From Lytechinus pictus (lineage: Eukaryota), in assembly GCF_037042905.1 (NCBI RefSeq), contig NC_087251.1, forward strand, positions 15,812,001-15,876,000: 64,000 bases of DNA, read 5' to 3'. A program made the position numbers and the translations under genes. This document shows, piece by piece, positions 25,501-40,500 of this stretch; within the stretch, counting starts at the first letter, position 1, and every line of letters starts with the position of its first letter. The notes below the pieces were generated by a model. The model did no database searches and was not told the DNA's origin. It worked only from the letters and a program-made list of their open reading frames with translations.

Positions 25501-28500
25501 TATCCAAGTTTTATGAACTAGATCAACAAACTTTCAAAGCTATGATGGTAATTCAACATATACCTCCAACTTGGCCAAAGTTCATTGACCTTAAATGACC
25601 TTTGACCTTGATCATGTGACCTGAAACTCACCTAGGATGTTCAGTGATACTTGATTACTCTCATGTCCAAGTTTCATGAATCAGATCCATAAACATTTAA
25701 AGTTATGATGGTAATTCAACAGATACCCCCAACTTGGCCAAAGTTCATTGACTCTAAATGACCTTTGACCTTGATCATGTGACTTGAAACTCCAGCAGAA
25801 TCTTCAGTAATACTTGATTAACCTTATGGCCAAGTTTCATGAACTAGGTCCATACACTTTCTAAGTAATGCTGTCATTTAAAAAACTTAACCTTCGGTTA
25901 AGATTTGGTGTTGACGCCGCCGTCGTCGGAAAAGCAGCGCCTATAGTCTCACTCTGCTTTGCAGGTGAGACAAAAATCAACATTTCCATTTTTTTTGGTA
26001 TAATTCACATACAGTTTCATTCACCAAGTCCTTGTTTAACCAAGTTAATATTTTTTATTATTATATAATTATCTAATATTATCTATTATACAACATATTG
26101 GAGCTACTGTTACACTAAAAACTATGGTAGAAACTGTCACATATATCATTGGTATTCATCATCAGAACTCTGGCTGGGCCAGCTTACCGAAGAAACTATT
26201 TCTTTCCAATAATCGATCTATGAATTAAATCAACTTCTTTAGTGTTTAGGGGTGAAAGAACAAGCATATTGGAATAGATAAATAGTTACACACACAGTAT
26301 TAGGTGACTTACATTCAAAATAAGGGGAAATCATAAAGGATATTGGCTGTACTCCCAGAGAATGTATCATCAACATTTTTGTCAGATCTGACTTTTTCTT
26401 GATTTTGATTGGCTGAGGAGCATTGTTACTATATGGTATCTGTGGGATAAAACAGCACTTGTCAGATAAAACATCTGACAAGTCCTTTAACACAATGTTC
26501 CCCTAATGCTTTTCTCTTCTACATCATACGGTAACACCAAAGATGGGGAAGAACAAGCAAATTGTACTACTGGTCTAAATGAGAAGTGAAATCCAGCTCA
26601 TTTAATAGACTTATTACTGACCATATTTGGAAAAAATTGGCATTTGCATTGCTACTTGTATCAACAAAGATAAAGAAATAAGATTTTCATGTACATTTAC
26701 CTTTTGTTTTGTTCACTCGATTTAGATGGAGATCTCCCTGTTTTCCTTTTGTTTGATTGTACATGCTCTTCTATAGTTTTCTACAATGAAAAAAAAAGTT
26801 AAAATAATGAATATACATATCTCTATGATCACACTTATTGTTTCAAATAAATGTTAACTTTGTATTTATAAGGACTTAGACACGCCATTCAAACACATTC
26901 CAAACGTGTATGATATTTTACAAAAAAGAAACACAAAACAGTAATGCATGCACAGTTAGTCAAAGGTTCACATTAAAAATTGTTCACTTTACCAAAACTG
27001 CAGCATCTACAGAAGTATTGGTGTAGCTGCCATGACTTCAAAATCAAAAAGTTTAATATGCTCTTTAATCTGAAACTTACTCATTCCACTTATTAGCCAT
27101 ATAACCATAATTTTTTCCCCACAAGCCTAATATGTAAAGGAAAATCCCCAATTTCTTTACCAAAATATTTAAGAATATCTTCTCCTTTTTTTATTATTCA
27201 ACATAACAATAATAGCATTATTGTTTGTCAATAAAAATTTATTTACACCCGGAAAATCCTCACTTGATAAAAGTTGACATGAAGTAATGTTCTAATGTGT
27301 TATCATAAAATATTTGGTGAAGAGATCAAACTTTTCTCACACGGCACTGAAAGCTGTCATGAAGAATGAAAGAGACTACCAGAGGAAACATCAAAGACTC
27401 CTACATCTGAAGATCATACATGTAATCCTCCACTAATATCAGCTCAAATTATTGGGAAAGCTGTGCACCGTGCCTCTCAAAATCTACGTCTACATGTAAG
27501 TCCTTGAAGATGTAGAAGAAGTGATCCACACCCTAGCCAAGAAATTTGATGTGTAGCAACCACAAAGACAGAGATACAACAGATGGCCACAACAAGATAC
27601 CAGATAACACTGTTGAAGCCATCAATCAAGGAGACCTACAGCTGATGACACAGCTCTCAGCATTCGTCCTATACCATTCATTTAACATTAACAGAGTGCC
27701 ATTTTGAAAATGAGAAAGCACAAGCTAATGGTGAACATGTGGTGTTCCAGGTAAGTTATGCTGAAAATTTTGCAATCATACAGAGATTCAGAGCACTCAT
27801 TGTGCTCATCAGCAAGTCGCTTTGTTCACAGCATGTGCACATCATGAGGATAAAGTAAAGTCCTACGTCATTGTCAGTGATGACCTTGTACATGCAATTG
27901 CCATATTCCTCCACCATCTCATCTTGGACTTCAATCAAGACACGAAAACAAAATTCTTTTCGGATGGCGCTGCAAGCCAGTTTATGCAGAGATACTTGTT
28001 TGAGAACATAACCAACTTCACTTTAAGGAGCTATAAGGCATTGACGCTACTAGTACTAGGCCACCAGCCAAGGCAAAATTGGGCAGGAGATGGAATAGGA
28101 GGCAACAAAGGTAGGTTTGGACTGCAACCAAAGCAGTAGGTTTGATTTAATGTTGCTCTAAACTTTGCAGCGGAGGCAGTAGAGAGGTGTTCGATGGAAA
28201 GAAGGATTTCAATGCAAGATGGAACAATGTAACTGTACTACCCAATACACATATGGTGTCAAGCATGTCATTCATACTGTCATCTACACAAGGGGCAATT
28301 CTCAAGAGTACAGTCTTGAAAACGACTGATGATCAGCATGCATATAGATCATCCACCTCATTAGCAGAGCTTCTATTCTAAAAAAAAAAACAAAAAAAAA
28401 ACAGTTCACAATCCACATTGATAAACTTGTCCTACTTCAATATATGGATTACCTCCCCTTAAAAAGGGCTTGAAGTATGTTGCACAGGTGATATCCATGT

Positions 28501-31500
28501 CACTGATAGAACAAAGGAGTATGACGTGACACACTTGCATAATAATGATGATAAAGGTTAAGTGTTTGCAGAGAAAGATCTCACTAACAAGTACGAAGTA
28601 AAGGCAGACACTCAGATTGTGAAGTTACTGCCATTATAGACAATAGAGGCCGTCTTACTCTTCACTTTTGCAGAACCAATTGAATAAGCGAACTAATCAT
28701 ATCACATTCAACATGAAGATAGAAGACTTTTAGTTGATGCTGGATGCAATGCATCCGTCACCTTGTAAGCACACTTGACTGTACATAGTAACATGTGTGT
28801 TGTTTATTCTTATGTTCTATATCAACATGTAAATTGCTACAAAGGGTGCTTGCTATCTTCATTTTTTTTATTTGGAAATTGCAAACATTTTATTTTAGCT
28901 TCTTTGAGGACTTGGAGGGATTAGTGGGAGTATAAGTCAGTACAAGTGATATGTTTTGACTATGTTTGGTATTTAGTGTACAAAAATCTAAATTATGCAA
29001 AGTTCTACAGAGTCAGAATGTTCATTTTGAAAAGGATCACACTTGGTTTTAACTTAGTCGTAATTAACAAAATAATCAACCAATTTTCTTATGACAGGCG
29101 GCATATTATACCTACATGTAGAATAACACAGAATCCAATCAATAACTAAAAATCATGACAGCCATTTTAAATTCAGAGTTCAAACAAAATGTTTTCTCCT
29201 CAAATATGCATCCATAACCATACATATACCTCTCATCAATTAAGTTCATTACTATAAGTGTTAGTACTTTGAAAAAGTGGATACCAACAATTACTGTCAT
29301 GTACCATTTCTCTGTAAATAAAGATTGCAGTACACAGATGGGCAATTCCATGGAAAATGTTCACTTTCGAGAAAAAATGAAGTTTCAGATTTCACTTAAG
29401 CAGTCAAATTTTCTTAAAAAGTAATCTATAAAGTTTCAATTTCCAATAGAAAAATCACAATATTGATAAAATTTTGTGTTTTTTTCCATCATCAAAAAAA
29501 TAAAATAATAAATTGCAAAATCTAAAAAATGTGGCTATTTTTAAACAATTCATCTTTCCTGTCTCTACTAAAAGCAAATAAGGTCCCACAGGTCTCTTTT
29601 AACTTTTGTATTGATGATTAATGTTTAAATCAACAGAAAATCATTGTTATATTTCATGCCATTCATCAATTTTAGAGAAATCGATCTTCAGATTAATGTG
29701 ATTTCTTTACCATTATCAGTGTCATGTCTGTTACGTTTTTCACTTAAAGTTTTCACAGCTTACAGGAAATTTGTCTGAAGGTACTGCAGATTCAGATTCT
29801 ATGTTAGAATTAAACCCCCTACCATGTGTAGCAATCATTTTCCCTGACCACTTCTCATTTTCATAAAAATGGCGTAACGGACATGACACCTAATATATGA
29901 CAAAAGGCAGCATTCACAAAAACAAAATATTAGGCTCAGTGTCACAGACTGTGGTCAGTCTCAATTGCTTGAGGATAGCTGGATGTAATAACTCCTAGAA
30001 TCTGCATGTCATTCTAGCTATTTTTAGAAGTTGGTAAATGATGAAAGTTCAGCTCTTGTTCTGGTATATTTTTCTGAGAATTAATGGTATGCCACATAAT
30101 ATTAGGATAAGATGCAGCTAAATCTGGCAACATACTCAGATCACAATCTGCATCATTTGTGTTTGAACAATAATTGATTATCTTAGGTGTTTGCACTGAC
30201 AGTTTGGAGCATGATAAAACTCCAACTTGTGAATTCATGAGATCTTTGATGACATTGCTTCAAAGTATCTGACTTTCACCAACCCTCAACTTCTTCAGTG
30301 ATGGCACTGGCTCACATTTAAAACAAGTTTGTAAATATTCAGATATCTGTGTTACATGATGTAGCTCTATGAATCCATGAATCTACAGTGGCACTTCTTC
30401 ATATCACAAAGCAAAGAGGCTGTGGAAGGAATGTGGCGCGATCAATAAATTATGTCATCATAGTATTTTGGTCAGCCATAATCATGATTTGAATGATGTA
30501 TCTTCGTTTGTACACAAGCAGCGCAGACAATACAATGAAATTAGATACAGCCACATTTGTCAGCAAGCAAGATCGTAAGATTTAGTACATCCAAGATTTG
30601 ATGAAAGGATGATTATACCAAGGATCTTTATTTTGAATGAAAAAAATCTCAGAAGCGATTTACAAACATTCCGATTACCTTATAACTCGTACATAATCGA
30701 TAATGAAAGACTGGTTTCCAGGTACTGCTATTAAAATTTAAAATACTTTTTAATATAATTTTTTTAATCTTGAAATTGACATTAATACTAGTACATATAT
30801 ATGCTTTATCATAAAATACATTTTATAATACAGGTGTATGTTCATCTTGGATTTAATCAGGTCTGGTACATTTTGTTTTCTTCTCACAAAAAATCTGATT
30901 TGCTCTTCTCAGTGTGCCTATGGTACTATTAAAGCATTGTATTCTATATAAAATTATCATGTGGGCTATAGCTATTAAATTAATAATACCTGCCAAAAGT
31001 GCCAATAATATCTACATTTTTTTCTTAAGAATGTTAGTAAAGGTACTTTGCTGTTACATAATTACATTCATTATTCATATTTCTTTCATTTTGCAACTAA
31101 GAAGTGCTGATGAAGTTCACTTCGGAAGGGTGTCATGTCCGTTACGCTAGTGTATATTGTCAAATAGTAAGCCATGAATAAAAAATAATCTTTACTTTCA
31201 ACTTTTTCTCTTTTAATTAGATGTGGGGGATGGTAGTAACTGGAAAATAATCATTAACTGTTGTTAACTGGTGTAAAAGAAATTTTTCCAAATATTTTTT
31301 TGTTTTATAAATATTGTACGCAAAGCCCCCCTCTTAAATTGCAAAATAATAGGAGATATTACAGATTACCAGTTATGATGTGTGTCTCTATCCTCTAGCC
31401 TTAACAAGTAACCAATTAGACTTGTACCATATCTTGTAATAAAATAATTATATTCGCTTACAAAAAGTGGACGAAACTGTCATGTCCGTTACGCTTCATG

Positions 31501-34500
31501 TGTCATGTCCGTTACGCTACATTTTGAGCTATGAATACAGAATGCACTGTAAAACTTTTGTTAAACACCATTTTATGGATAGAGCATGATCTTAAGGTTA
31601 AATTAACACCAGCGTCAGGTGCATGCAATCTAAGAATTCACAGGAATTTTGATAAGCAATAGGAGGTAAAAATGCTTCGTCCATTTCGTGTCATGTCCGT
31701 TACGCTGACAAAGAGTACAATTTCTCCGCAACTGTTCAACGAAACGATTTGAAATTTCATGTGTATGTAACTGATACTTAAATGTGTCTGATAAGCTCAG
31801 TAGCAATTATCAAAAGACTGCTAATTCTACTGTATAAACCTTTGAATTACAAAAATTTGTCTGAACGTCATGTCCGTTACGCTGGAATTGCCCAGATGAT
31901 AAATTTGTTTGAATGCTGAAATATGTTTCTGAATGACATGTGATGACCTTACCTGAACAGGTGATTCCTGATGGATTTCTTGTTTTGACGTACAGAGTTG
32001 GAGATGAAGGATATACATATAAGAGAGAGCAACAAGTGGCTTATCTGGCAGTTTGAATACCACTTTGTCCGGGAGTTTCCATTCTTTCTTCTCTGCATTG
32101 GAAACAAACAAAAATGATATCATTGAAAATTACAGCAAATTCTCCCCAATATGTTTCATGGGGTAGTAATCATCTGCTTAGCATACTTGGATCAAGGTTG
32201 AATATTCAATGGGCAAGGTCTCCTACTTCCTGTTGTAGCTATACATGTAGGTACCCAACTGCTGGACAAATGAATACAACGTTAGAATTTGTCTTTATTT
32301 TTTTTAAAGTTTCTGGCCACTATACATCAAATTAAAAGACTAAATGCAGCCTGATTATCAATTTATCTTACAATATTTTTGTCACTGCAGCAGTGTGCAG
32401 TGAGATCTATGTAATTGTTGGCTGTATATATTTTGATATATGTTGTTAAAATTCAATTTCCACTAGATGTCTCATTTTGCACTCTATAGATTTTTCATAA
32501 TCCCTTTCCACATGGAAGTCCAAAAGGGACTTGGTGTGTGTTACAGTATGTAGGCAGAGAGAGCCAAGTCTAAGAGCAAACTGTAGGTCCACATTTTATT
32601 GTTCTAATCTGTATAGGATTGGCCCAGTTCATTGTTTGTTAGGTGCTGAGCACTGGGTAGTTCCAGCTTCGTTGTAGTTTCTAATTAGAAACCGGGGTAA
32701 TGATAAGCACAATGTAAAGTGCTATGAAACAAAGTGTAATAAGCACTGTATAAATGCAACTATTATTATTATTACTATTATCAATGAGCAATCAGGCTTG
32801 GTCAGAACCTTTATAGAGAGATGTAAAAAACCAAGAGACTTCAGTTTTTGTTAAAACACATAGAAGAGAGAACTCCAGTTGACTGTCAAGATATTTCTTG
32901 TATTGATTGCAACTAAGTGCACTTGTCTCATAGCCTCCAATTGTATTCTTTTTCACATTTTTGGACTGTGAGATGAAGATTAATAACAGCCACATAAGCC
33001 ACACCAAAGTCTGTGAATATATTTCTGTTGGAGTAAAAGTAGTTAGCCGTCCTTTTATCGAGGAAAAAGGGTGGCAGCCACAATAAAATACAACTGCTAT
33101 AGACATCTATGCTTCGGCACGAGTGAGCAAGAAACATTGGTGAGAATGACGTTGCTGAAAAGAGCTACCAGTGACCAGGACCTGCTGAGCCAAGTGAGTG
33201 GTAGCAGTAGCAGACTGAGCAGGAGATCAAGTAGATCAGCAAAAAGTAAACTTTCTGCCCTTAGAGCCTCACTGGAAGCTAAAAAGGAAAATGAGAGTAA
33301 TATGTTAAAGTTGCTAAAGGAGCAGAGGACAAAGAAGCCTCTCATAAAATCAGAAGGCTATTCTTGAACAAAAATTGAAGACTCTTGAGCCTGAACAGGA
33401 AGGCGTGGAAATGCCTATCGTAGTGAACAGAATGTGATTGCTGCCCATAAGTCTTTAGAAGCCACAGATTTAAAAATATCAGAAATAGCTAGGTTGGAAG
33501 AATGCTCCATAGGTGACAGTGAAACTGATGAGGTTTCTATACAAATTCAAAAAAAAAAAGACTTAAATAATTTCTCCTGAATGATTGCTAGATAATTTAA
33601 TTCATCAATTACAAATTAAGCCTCAAGTGCCAATTAGGAATCCTTTAATTATTTGTATACTCTATGTATCACGCATATAACTTGTATTATAATGTACATA
33701 TTACATAACTGTAAATATTGTTTTTTTTTGGTATAAAACAACAATTCAGTTGCTATTAATAACAATATCAGGGAGGGCCTACATTATACAACCTCTGCTT
33801 TTCAGTTGGCCCTCCCTCCCTTTCAATTATTTATATTTCAATTTGATAATTGTCTATTGTAATGTTATGTTATTGCTTTTTGTATATACTTCAAATGTTA
33901 TTATATGTTACTATGTCAATCGTATGATAATTGTAAATATGAAATTGAAAGTGGAAAAATAAATTGAATTGAATACTCCAGCCAGTAGCCCAGCAGTGCC
34001 AGCAGGATGGGATACAGTCGCATCATAACTGGAAGGTTGCCAGCAACAGCTGTCTCGTTTTGCAGCAGGACAAAATGCAGCCAATAACCAACTAGACACA
34101 TTAAGCCAACTCCCAAAGATCAATGTATCGATCTTCTCCGGTGATCCTCTGCAGTACAACGCTGTGGAAAAATGCCTTTGACTGTACAGTGGATACAAAG
34201 CCAATTGGTGAGCAATACAAATTGAATTATTTGAATGCATATGTCAGTGGCTGGGCTATAATGGAGACAGTAGAGCACCATCTTTTGATAGGAGGGACTG
34301 ATGCGTACCAAGGGGCTTTGAAGCAGTTAGCAGTGTTAATTATCATTGATGTTATTGAATATAATTCAAATGGCAATTATTTGTATTGTAAATGTTTATT
34401 ATAAATGTATGAAAATAATTTGTATTATTCTCTACGTTCTTATGGAAATAAAATCTGAATCTGAAGACAGGTTTGGTGATCCCAACACAGTAAGCATCTC

Positions 34501-37500
34501 ATACACAAAGAGACTGACTTCATGGCCGAAGATTTCAAGCCGTGATGCCAATGGATTGAGGGACTTTGCAGATTTTCTTCAAAAAGTTGTGGCAGCCAAG
34601 AGAAGAGTCCGCAACTTGGGAATTTCGTATTACCCTCAAGAAAACGTAAAGCTTGTGGAGAAATTACCAGAGTATTAGGAGGGAAAGTGGCACGATGAAA
34701 TTAATAGATGGCATCCTCATAAAGGCCCACTAAGCTTCCCTTCATTCGCAGAATTGGCTGAATTTGTTATGAGAGCAGTGAACAACGCAAACATCCCTGA
34801 GTTGGAGTCATTATCTAAGGAGTCTAAGCTGAGCTTCCAAGTGAATCAAAGGAGTACAAAAGTGAGAACCCTTCTTACAAAATACAAATGGACATGATAA
34901 TGACCCTAACAAGTGGTCCAAATATCATCTTAGCAAAGGCATGGCATCTACTCTATATGCCCCTTTTGCGAGAGATCATCACATTGATGAGATCTTGAAA
35001 AACCCCATCCGGGTGAGAAAAGTATTCTTCAGCTTTTTCTTAATCCCTTTCCACATGAAGTTCCATATGATTTCTTTTCTTCTCTTACTTGTATTTGCTC
35101 TGAAGTACCTTGAGGATCTTATTAAGTTTGAAACCCTATATCTATTATTATTAATTAAAACTGAGCAACTATTTACTCTGCAAATTTTTTCTTCCTGTCA
35201 TAGTTTTATGTAATACAATGGCAACACAGTACACCCGCTTTCACTCCCAAGACTAATATCAGAGAAAAGACTCATTAGCATTGGGCAAAAACTGAGGAAG
35301 TAGTTCACTATAAAAAGATTCCCCTGATTTACTGGCATGAGAATAAATGGCTACACTGTATAGATAGTATTATGTCATGCCTAGACCATACCTGGCTTTA
35401 CAACTAAATGCTGTGTCCTCATCATTACTGGGTCGACGTTTTCAGGGATGCACAAAACAGACCTTATAATATCCTGTAGATAAAGTGAGAAATCAAATGT
35501 AATTTTAGTACAAAGTATCTCAACAAAAAAAAAGTAATTTTTTATTCTCAGTCACTTTTCCTGCATAGGCAAATGATTTATGACTTTCAATTTATTTACA
35601 TCAATACAAGATTCATTTTTTTCTTCTTAACTTTGAAATCTTATAAAAAGTCACACATGGATAAGCAAGAATTTGACATTTCTAAGTTAAAATCAAAGTG
35701 CAGAGATAAGTGGATATAATTTGTTAGGATATAATGACCTTGCAGTAACAGGGATTGCATATTAGCATCTCTTTCATGTTTTTTTAATTGTATCTTTCAT
35801 TTGGCCATTAAACATACTTGTGCCGGCTTTAAAGGCTAGGCCTGGATAACAATATTGCCATCAATGCGCAAGAACACTGCAATATTATTACTGATTTCAC
35901 TTTCATTGAATTAGAATATCATAATCATCCTTTCAGTTCAGGATTTTATTTCTACTTTGGTTTGATTCTGTTTTGCTAGATGTCTTAACAGTGAAAAACA
36001 AAGCTAAATATGAGAAATGAGACCTGAAAGTTGTTGCTTCATATACATATATTTTGGTCCATTTTTTCTGCTATCAGATATTCAGAGAATTGTTATGGAT
36101 GATAAGTAAACCAAACTACTTACCTCTACTTCTTCTTGCAGTGATCTGTCATCAACATAGTCGCTAATAATTCTGGAAAACAATAAGAGATTAATGATAT
36201 CATAAAGATGCAACATATATGCAGTTACTATCAGGTTATTTCAATTCCATTCTTTGACTCCTATATTACCAACTGTCTTCATGCCAGCTTGAGTTTGCTT
36301 TTAATTTTTATCTACTAGTAATTCACTTACTGTGGGTATTTTTATTTCATCTGATACAAATGCAAGGACATTTTTCAATTCTTATAATTGAATGACAACA
36401 ATGAATGCAGGTTGTGAGGTATACACATGGCAAATAAACCATTTCCTCATTTATATTTCTTGATATCAAACATTCCAATTATTGACATCAGGAATTGCCT
36501 TTTGTAAACAATGCAAATATCAATTCAAGAATCAAAGTCTTTAAATTGGCTTTTGTAAACAATGCAAATATCAAGAATAAAAGTCTTTATACAGTGTGTA
36601 TACAAAAAAAAAACGGGACAGTTAAGAAAAGTCTATCAAAATTTTGTTTCAAATTATGATGTATGTATTTTGATATTAATAGATGCTCTGATGTCTTATC
36701 TTTCAAATGCTTTAAAAAAAAAATTAGTTTCTTTCATGCTTGAGCGAACACAAGACGTTTTTTTGAGAGGTTAAAAAAAAGGCTTGCGCCAAATGCCAGA
36801 AAATGAGAAAATATTGATCATCAGACTTCTTGCTCGTTTTTATTCAATTTGCTCTCATTTCTTTATTAGGTGGTCTGTCAACGACAGATCACCTATTAGT
36901 TTTGTCAGAATTTTCTTTCTTCTTTATTATTTATTTTTATTTATTTCCGCCAATTTTTTGTTCCTAGGATAACTCCAGATCGGTTTTGTCAATTTCTTTC
37001 AATTTTGGCACAGTCAAAGGTCATTGTCATAAGACGTGACAATAACATTTTCAAGGTCATCAGGTCATGATGACGTCATCTAGACGCCATTTTGTAAAAT
37101 CACATTATCAATCATATCTCCATTATCAAATATCAAAAATTAACAATATTTACATCACATTAACTTCAGGTCAAGGGTCAACAGTTCATGTCATCAAAGG
37201 TCACCTGGTGGTCGCGACGCGCGCGTATGCGCTCGTCAAAATTTCAAATTGCTCAAAATCACTTTTTGACCAAAGTAGAGTACGTCATTTTAAGCATTTC
37301 AAAAATTTGCGCACGCACACGTATGCGCGCGCGTTTCTGCGCGTAATGCCTTCAAGGCAACGCAGAAACGCCGTTTTTTTTTATATCATTGCATTGATAA
37401 TATAATTCTGAGCAATTTGATACCTTCATCAACCTTCTACGACCATTAATAACGAAATTAACACCCGTTAAAGTTTGCAGCACGTGTGCGCGCGAGCTCT

Positions 37501-40500
37501 TACTATAGGCCATATATGGGCAAAAACATGCCTATTAAAAATTCACTGTAGCTCTTTAAATAGTGCGTTGACCCCCATTTTTTTTTCATATATCGATAGA
37601 GTATGAGTTGTAGATTTGATTTCATGTCACCATTGTCCCTCAATTTGATCATGACGTCATCATAATGGCGTCGGAAGTTAAAATATCCATTTTCCTTGTT
37701 ATGACGTCATAATAATTATGCAAATTAGGCTTTAACTCCGTGAATATCGGTCAATTTTCGCCCAATTTTCGATACGTTGTAGTTTAGAATGTACTCATTC
37801 TCCTCAGTTAACATGAATTTTCATTTTGAAAAACGCATCATGGCATAAAATAGCGATCAAAAGAGGCATGTCATTTTTCCTCATTTTGCGTGTAATCTCT
37901 ATGGGACATGACTTTTTCTCAAAACTAGATTCTACATTCCTCTTTTTCGTGAGCTATATCTCCACTTTTTCTTGTCAGTTGTCTCTGAGCTTTTAAAATG
38001 TTGTAGCTGAGATTCTAAGCTTTCGGAAGTGTGCCCTCCATTTTTTGATCAGATGCCGGGATCATGCCCGTTTTTCGCTTGCAAAATTGGATTTGCAATT
38101 CTCAAATTTGCTTACGTGTAAACTCTATGGGGAATGTCGTGGCTCAATGGATAACGCACTTGACTTGCGTTCTCGGGGGCGCAGGTTCGAGTCCTGGGGT
38201 AAACAAGATGATTTTTTTTTCATTTTTTTTTCTTTTTTACCACCTCGTACATGATCCTTTATGATAATTAAAAGGTATAAAAGTTAAAATTTAGCAAGAT
38301 AAAACAGACTATAATTACTTTTTTCATATCACATGTATTGTCATATATCAAAGAGACCATTTTCACAGTGCTTTATCATCTCCCGTCTTTCACAAGTATT
38401 CCATCCATAATGAACATTCCGTTGTCATCATGAAGATCATATTGATCTGCTGGAACATGGTAATGGTGATCATGATGGCGAGAATAAGGACAGACCACCT
38501 AATTCGTCCGCATGACGAATTAAAATCTAGTTTCTATTGGTTTTCCAGGTCAAATGTCCGCAGATTGAAACCAATCGTCCATATAGGTATTTCAAATGTC
38601 CGTGTACATGAACAAATGTCCGCATAAGAATATGGATGTCCGATTAGGGATTTCAAATGTCCACGTAGGTTCAAAGTGTCCATATAGCTAAATCAAATAT
38701 CCGATTAGGGAAACCAAAAGTCACATAGGGAACGAAATGTCCAATTAGAGAGTGTAATGTCCCACTAGGGAAAACAAATGTCGTATAGGGATCTCAATTG
38801 TCCACGGTTTAAAATAATGATGACTCGAACGTGATAAGTTCATTTTTTCATCTTTCGCTTTTTCATTTTCTGTCACTCAGCTTTCCCTTTTTCTTCCTGC
38901 TCGATCTATCCATTTCTTAGGCAAGGGATTTCCCCCCCCCCCCTCGTTTCACAAATTTGCTGATCTCCTTGATTTTTATCCTTATTTTTATTTATTTATT
39001 CATTCATTTTATATATATATATATATATATTTTTTTTTTTTTTGGGGGGGGGTCTTGGCCCTGTATGTTTTCTTCGTCTTATTTATTTATTTTGTACACC
39101 TTTATATATTTCTTCCCTTTTCATTCTACCCCGCCCCTGTTTTGGAGCCGTTTATGTGGAGATGGAGCGCCTTTTTGTATCAGGCTCTTTTCTCTTCCTT
39201 CCATTTATTCCACCATTTCAACTTTTCCTTCTCAACTCAATTGTTATAGGAAAACTAACAAATGTCATACAGTGATTTCAATAGTCTCTATGGGTGTAAA
39301 ATTTTCAGTTTCTTGCATATTCTGTTGTTTATTTACCAAATTATTATATTCCTTCCACTACATATCGAACACCACACAACATGATTTACAGACAAACTAT
39401 GGATATTATTTACAATATTTTTTTACTCCAGCCCAGAATATAAAAATCTTAACATGGCATTTAATTTCATAATTCATATGAAAAACTCATTATTTGTAAA
39501 CATGTTTGTTCCTTACAGTTATGGAACCTATTTAACTCATAAAATAATCATTGTTTAACTCTTCATATGAAGTATCAGTTTATATATAGATAAATTTCCT
39601 CAGTCTCTCACCCATCCCAAACATGTAATTTATCTTCTTGCAGGCACAAATGAACATTATTTCTATCTATATGTTTGTATTTTATCATGAATACATCTAC
39701 AACCTTATTTTTGTGCCATATGCTAAACCATCTCTTCATGAAAATGCATGTTAATTCAAGACGGTTACATTTCATACACTCATTTGCATTACCTGAGGCA
39801 TAACGTGCAACAACCTTGAATGCTGTCAGAAATCCTCTTAATTATATTTTGGTAATTCTTTTTGGTAATTCAGATAAACGTCTTAGACGATGTAATTTTC
39901 AATGTTGGATTTGATTTTAATTACTTTAAGTCAATTTAATTAGATGGGGTGGGTAGGGTGTATCTAACTCGATAAGAAGTAATCATTTTGATAGGCTCAC
40001 TCAGGCAGGGTAGCCGTTTCAAATTCTTGTTGTTTAAAAAATCATCATTATGCAACTAACCTTGATTTATTAAAAGTACCTCTTATTCCTTAATTAATTC
40101 AATCAATAGTTCTGTCATCTTTATTAACGATTACTCATCTTTAACATCTTTTTCATCATTGTTCATTACCTTACATCATTACCTTGTTTTGGACCCTATA
40201 TGGAAGACTAGAAGAGTGATGCCTACATTGTCAATGTTCGATGAGAACAGATAAACGAGAGTTATCACAAATTCCTAGAAAGCAAGTGAACACTTTTTGC
40301 GAGAGTGATCACGAATTTCCTTGTTGACCATAGTAGATTGCGAGACAAATGAATACCCTCTAGCGAGAACAGATATTTAGACAGAACAATCAATTTCAAC
40401 GCATTTTCCTTTAAATAAATGTTATTTATGCTACACTCTCGGTATGAAGCATGTTTATTTATGTTAAGCTTTCAATAAATTTTCAAGTATTTTCTTTCAA

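Noticed and set aside
27822..28139. Active or domesticated transposase gene
   Set aside because: Only a fragment is open; adjacent motifs are broken by stops and frameshifts.
31130..31885. Repeated ~18-bp motif resembling a repeat-spacer array
   Set aside because: Spacing is very irregular (22 to ~350 bp) and the last copy runs into a transposon terminus; these are sub-terminal repeats.
38131..38205. Functional tRNA gene
   Set aside because: Acceptor and anticodon stems do not pair; kept as a pseudogene.
38957..39472. 171-aa ORF
   Set aside because: Low-complexity T-rich sequence inside a transposon, with no recognisable motif.
39793..39822. 30-nt AG/GT-bounded candidate cassette exon in MAJIN intron 1
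   Set aside because: It lies inside a foldback element, has a poor pyrimidine tract, and its in-phase reading (IQGCCTLCL) has no MAJIN similarity.
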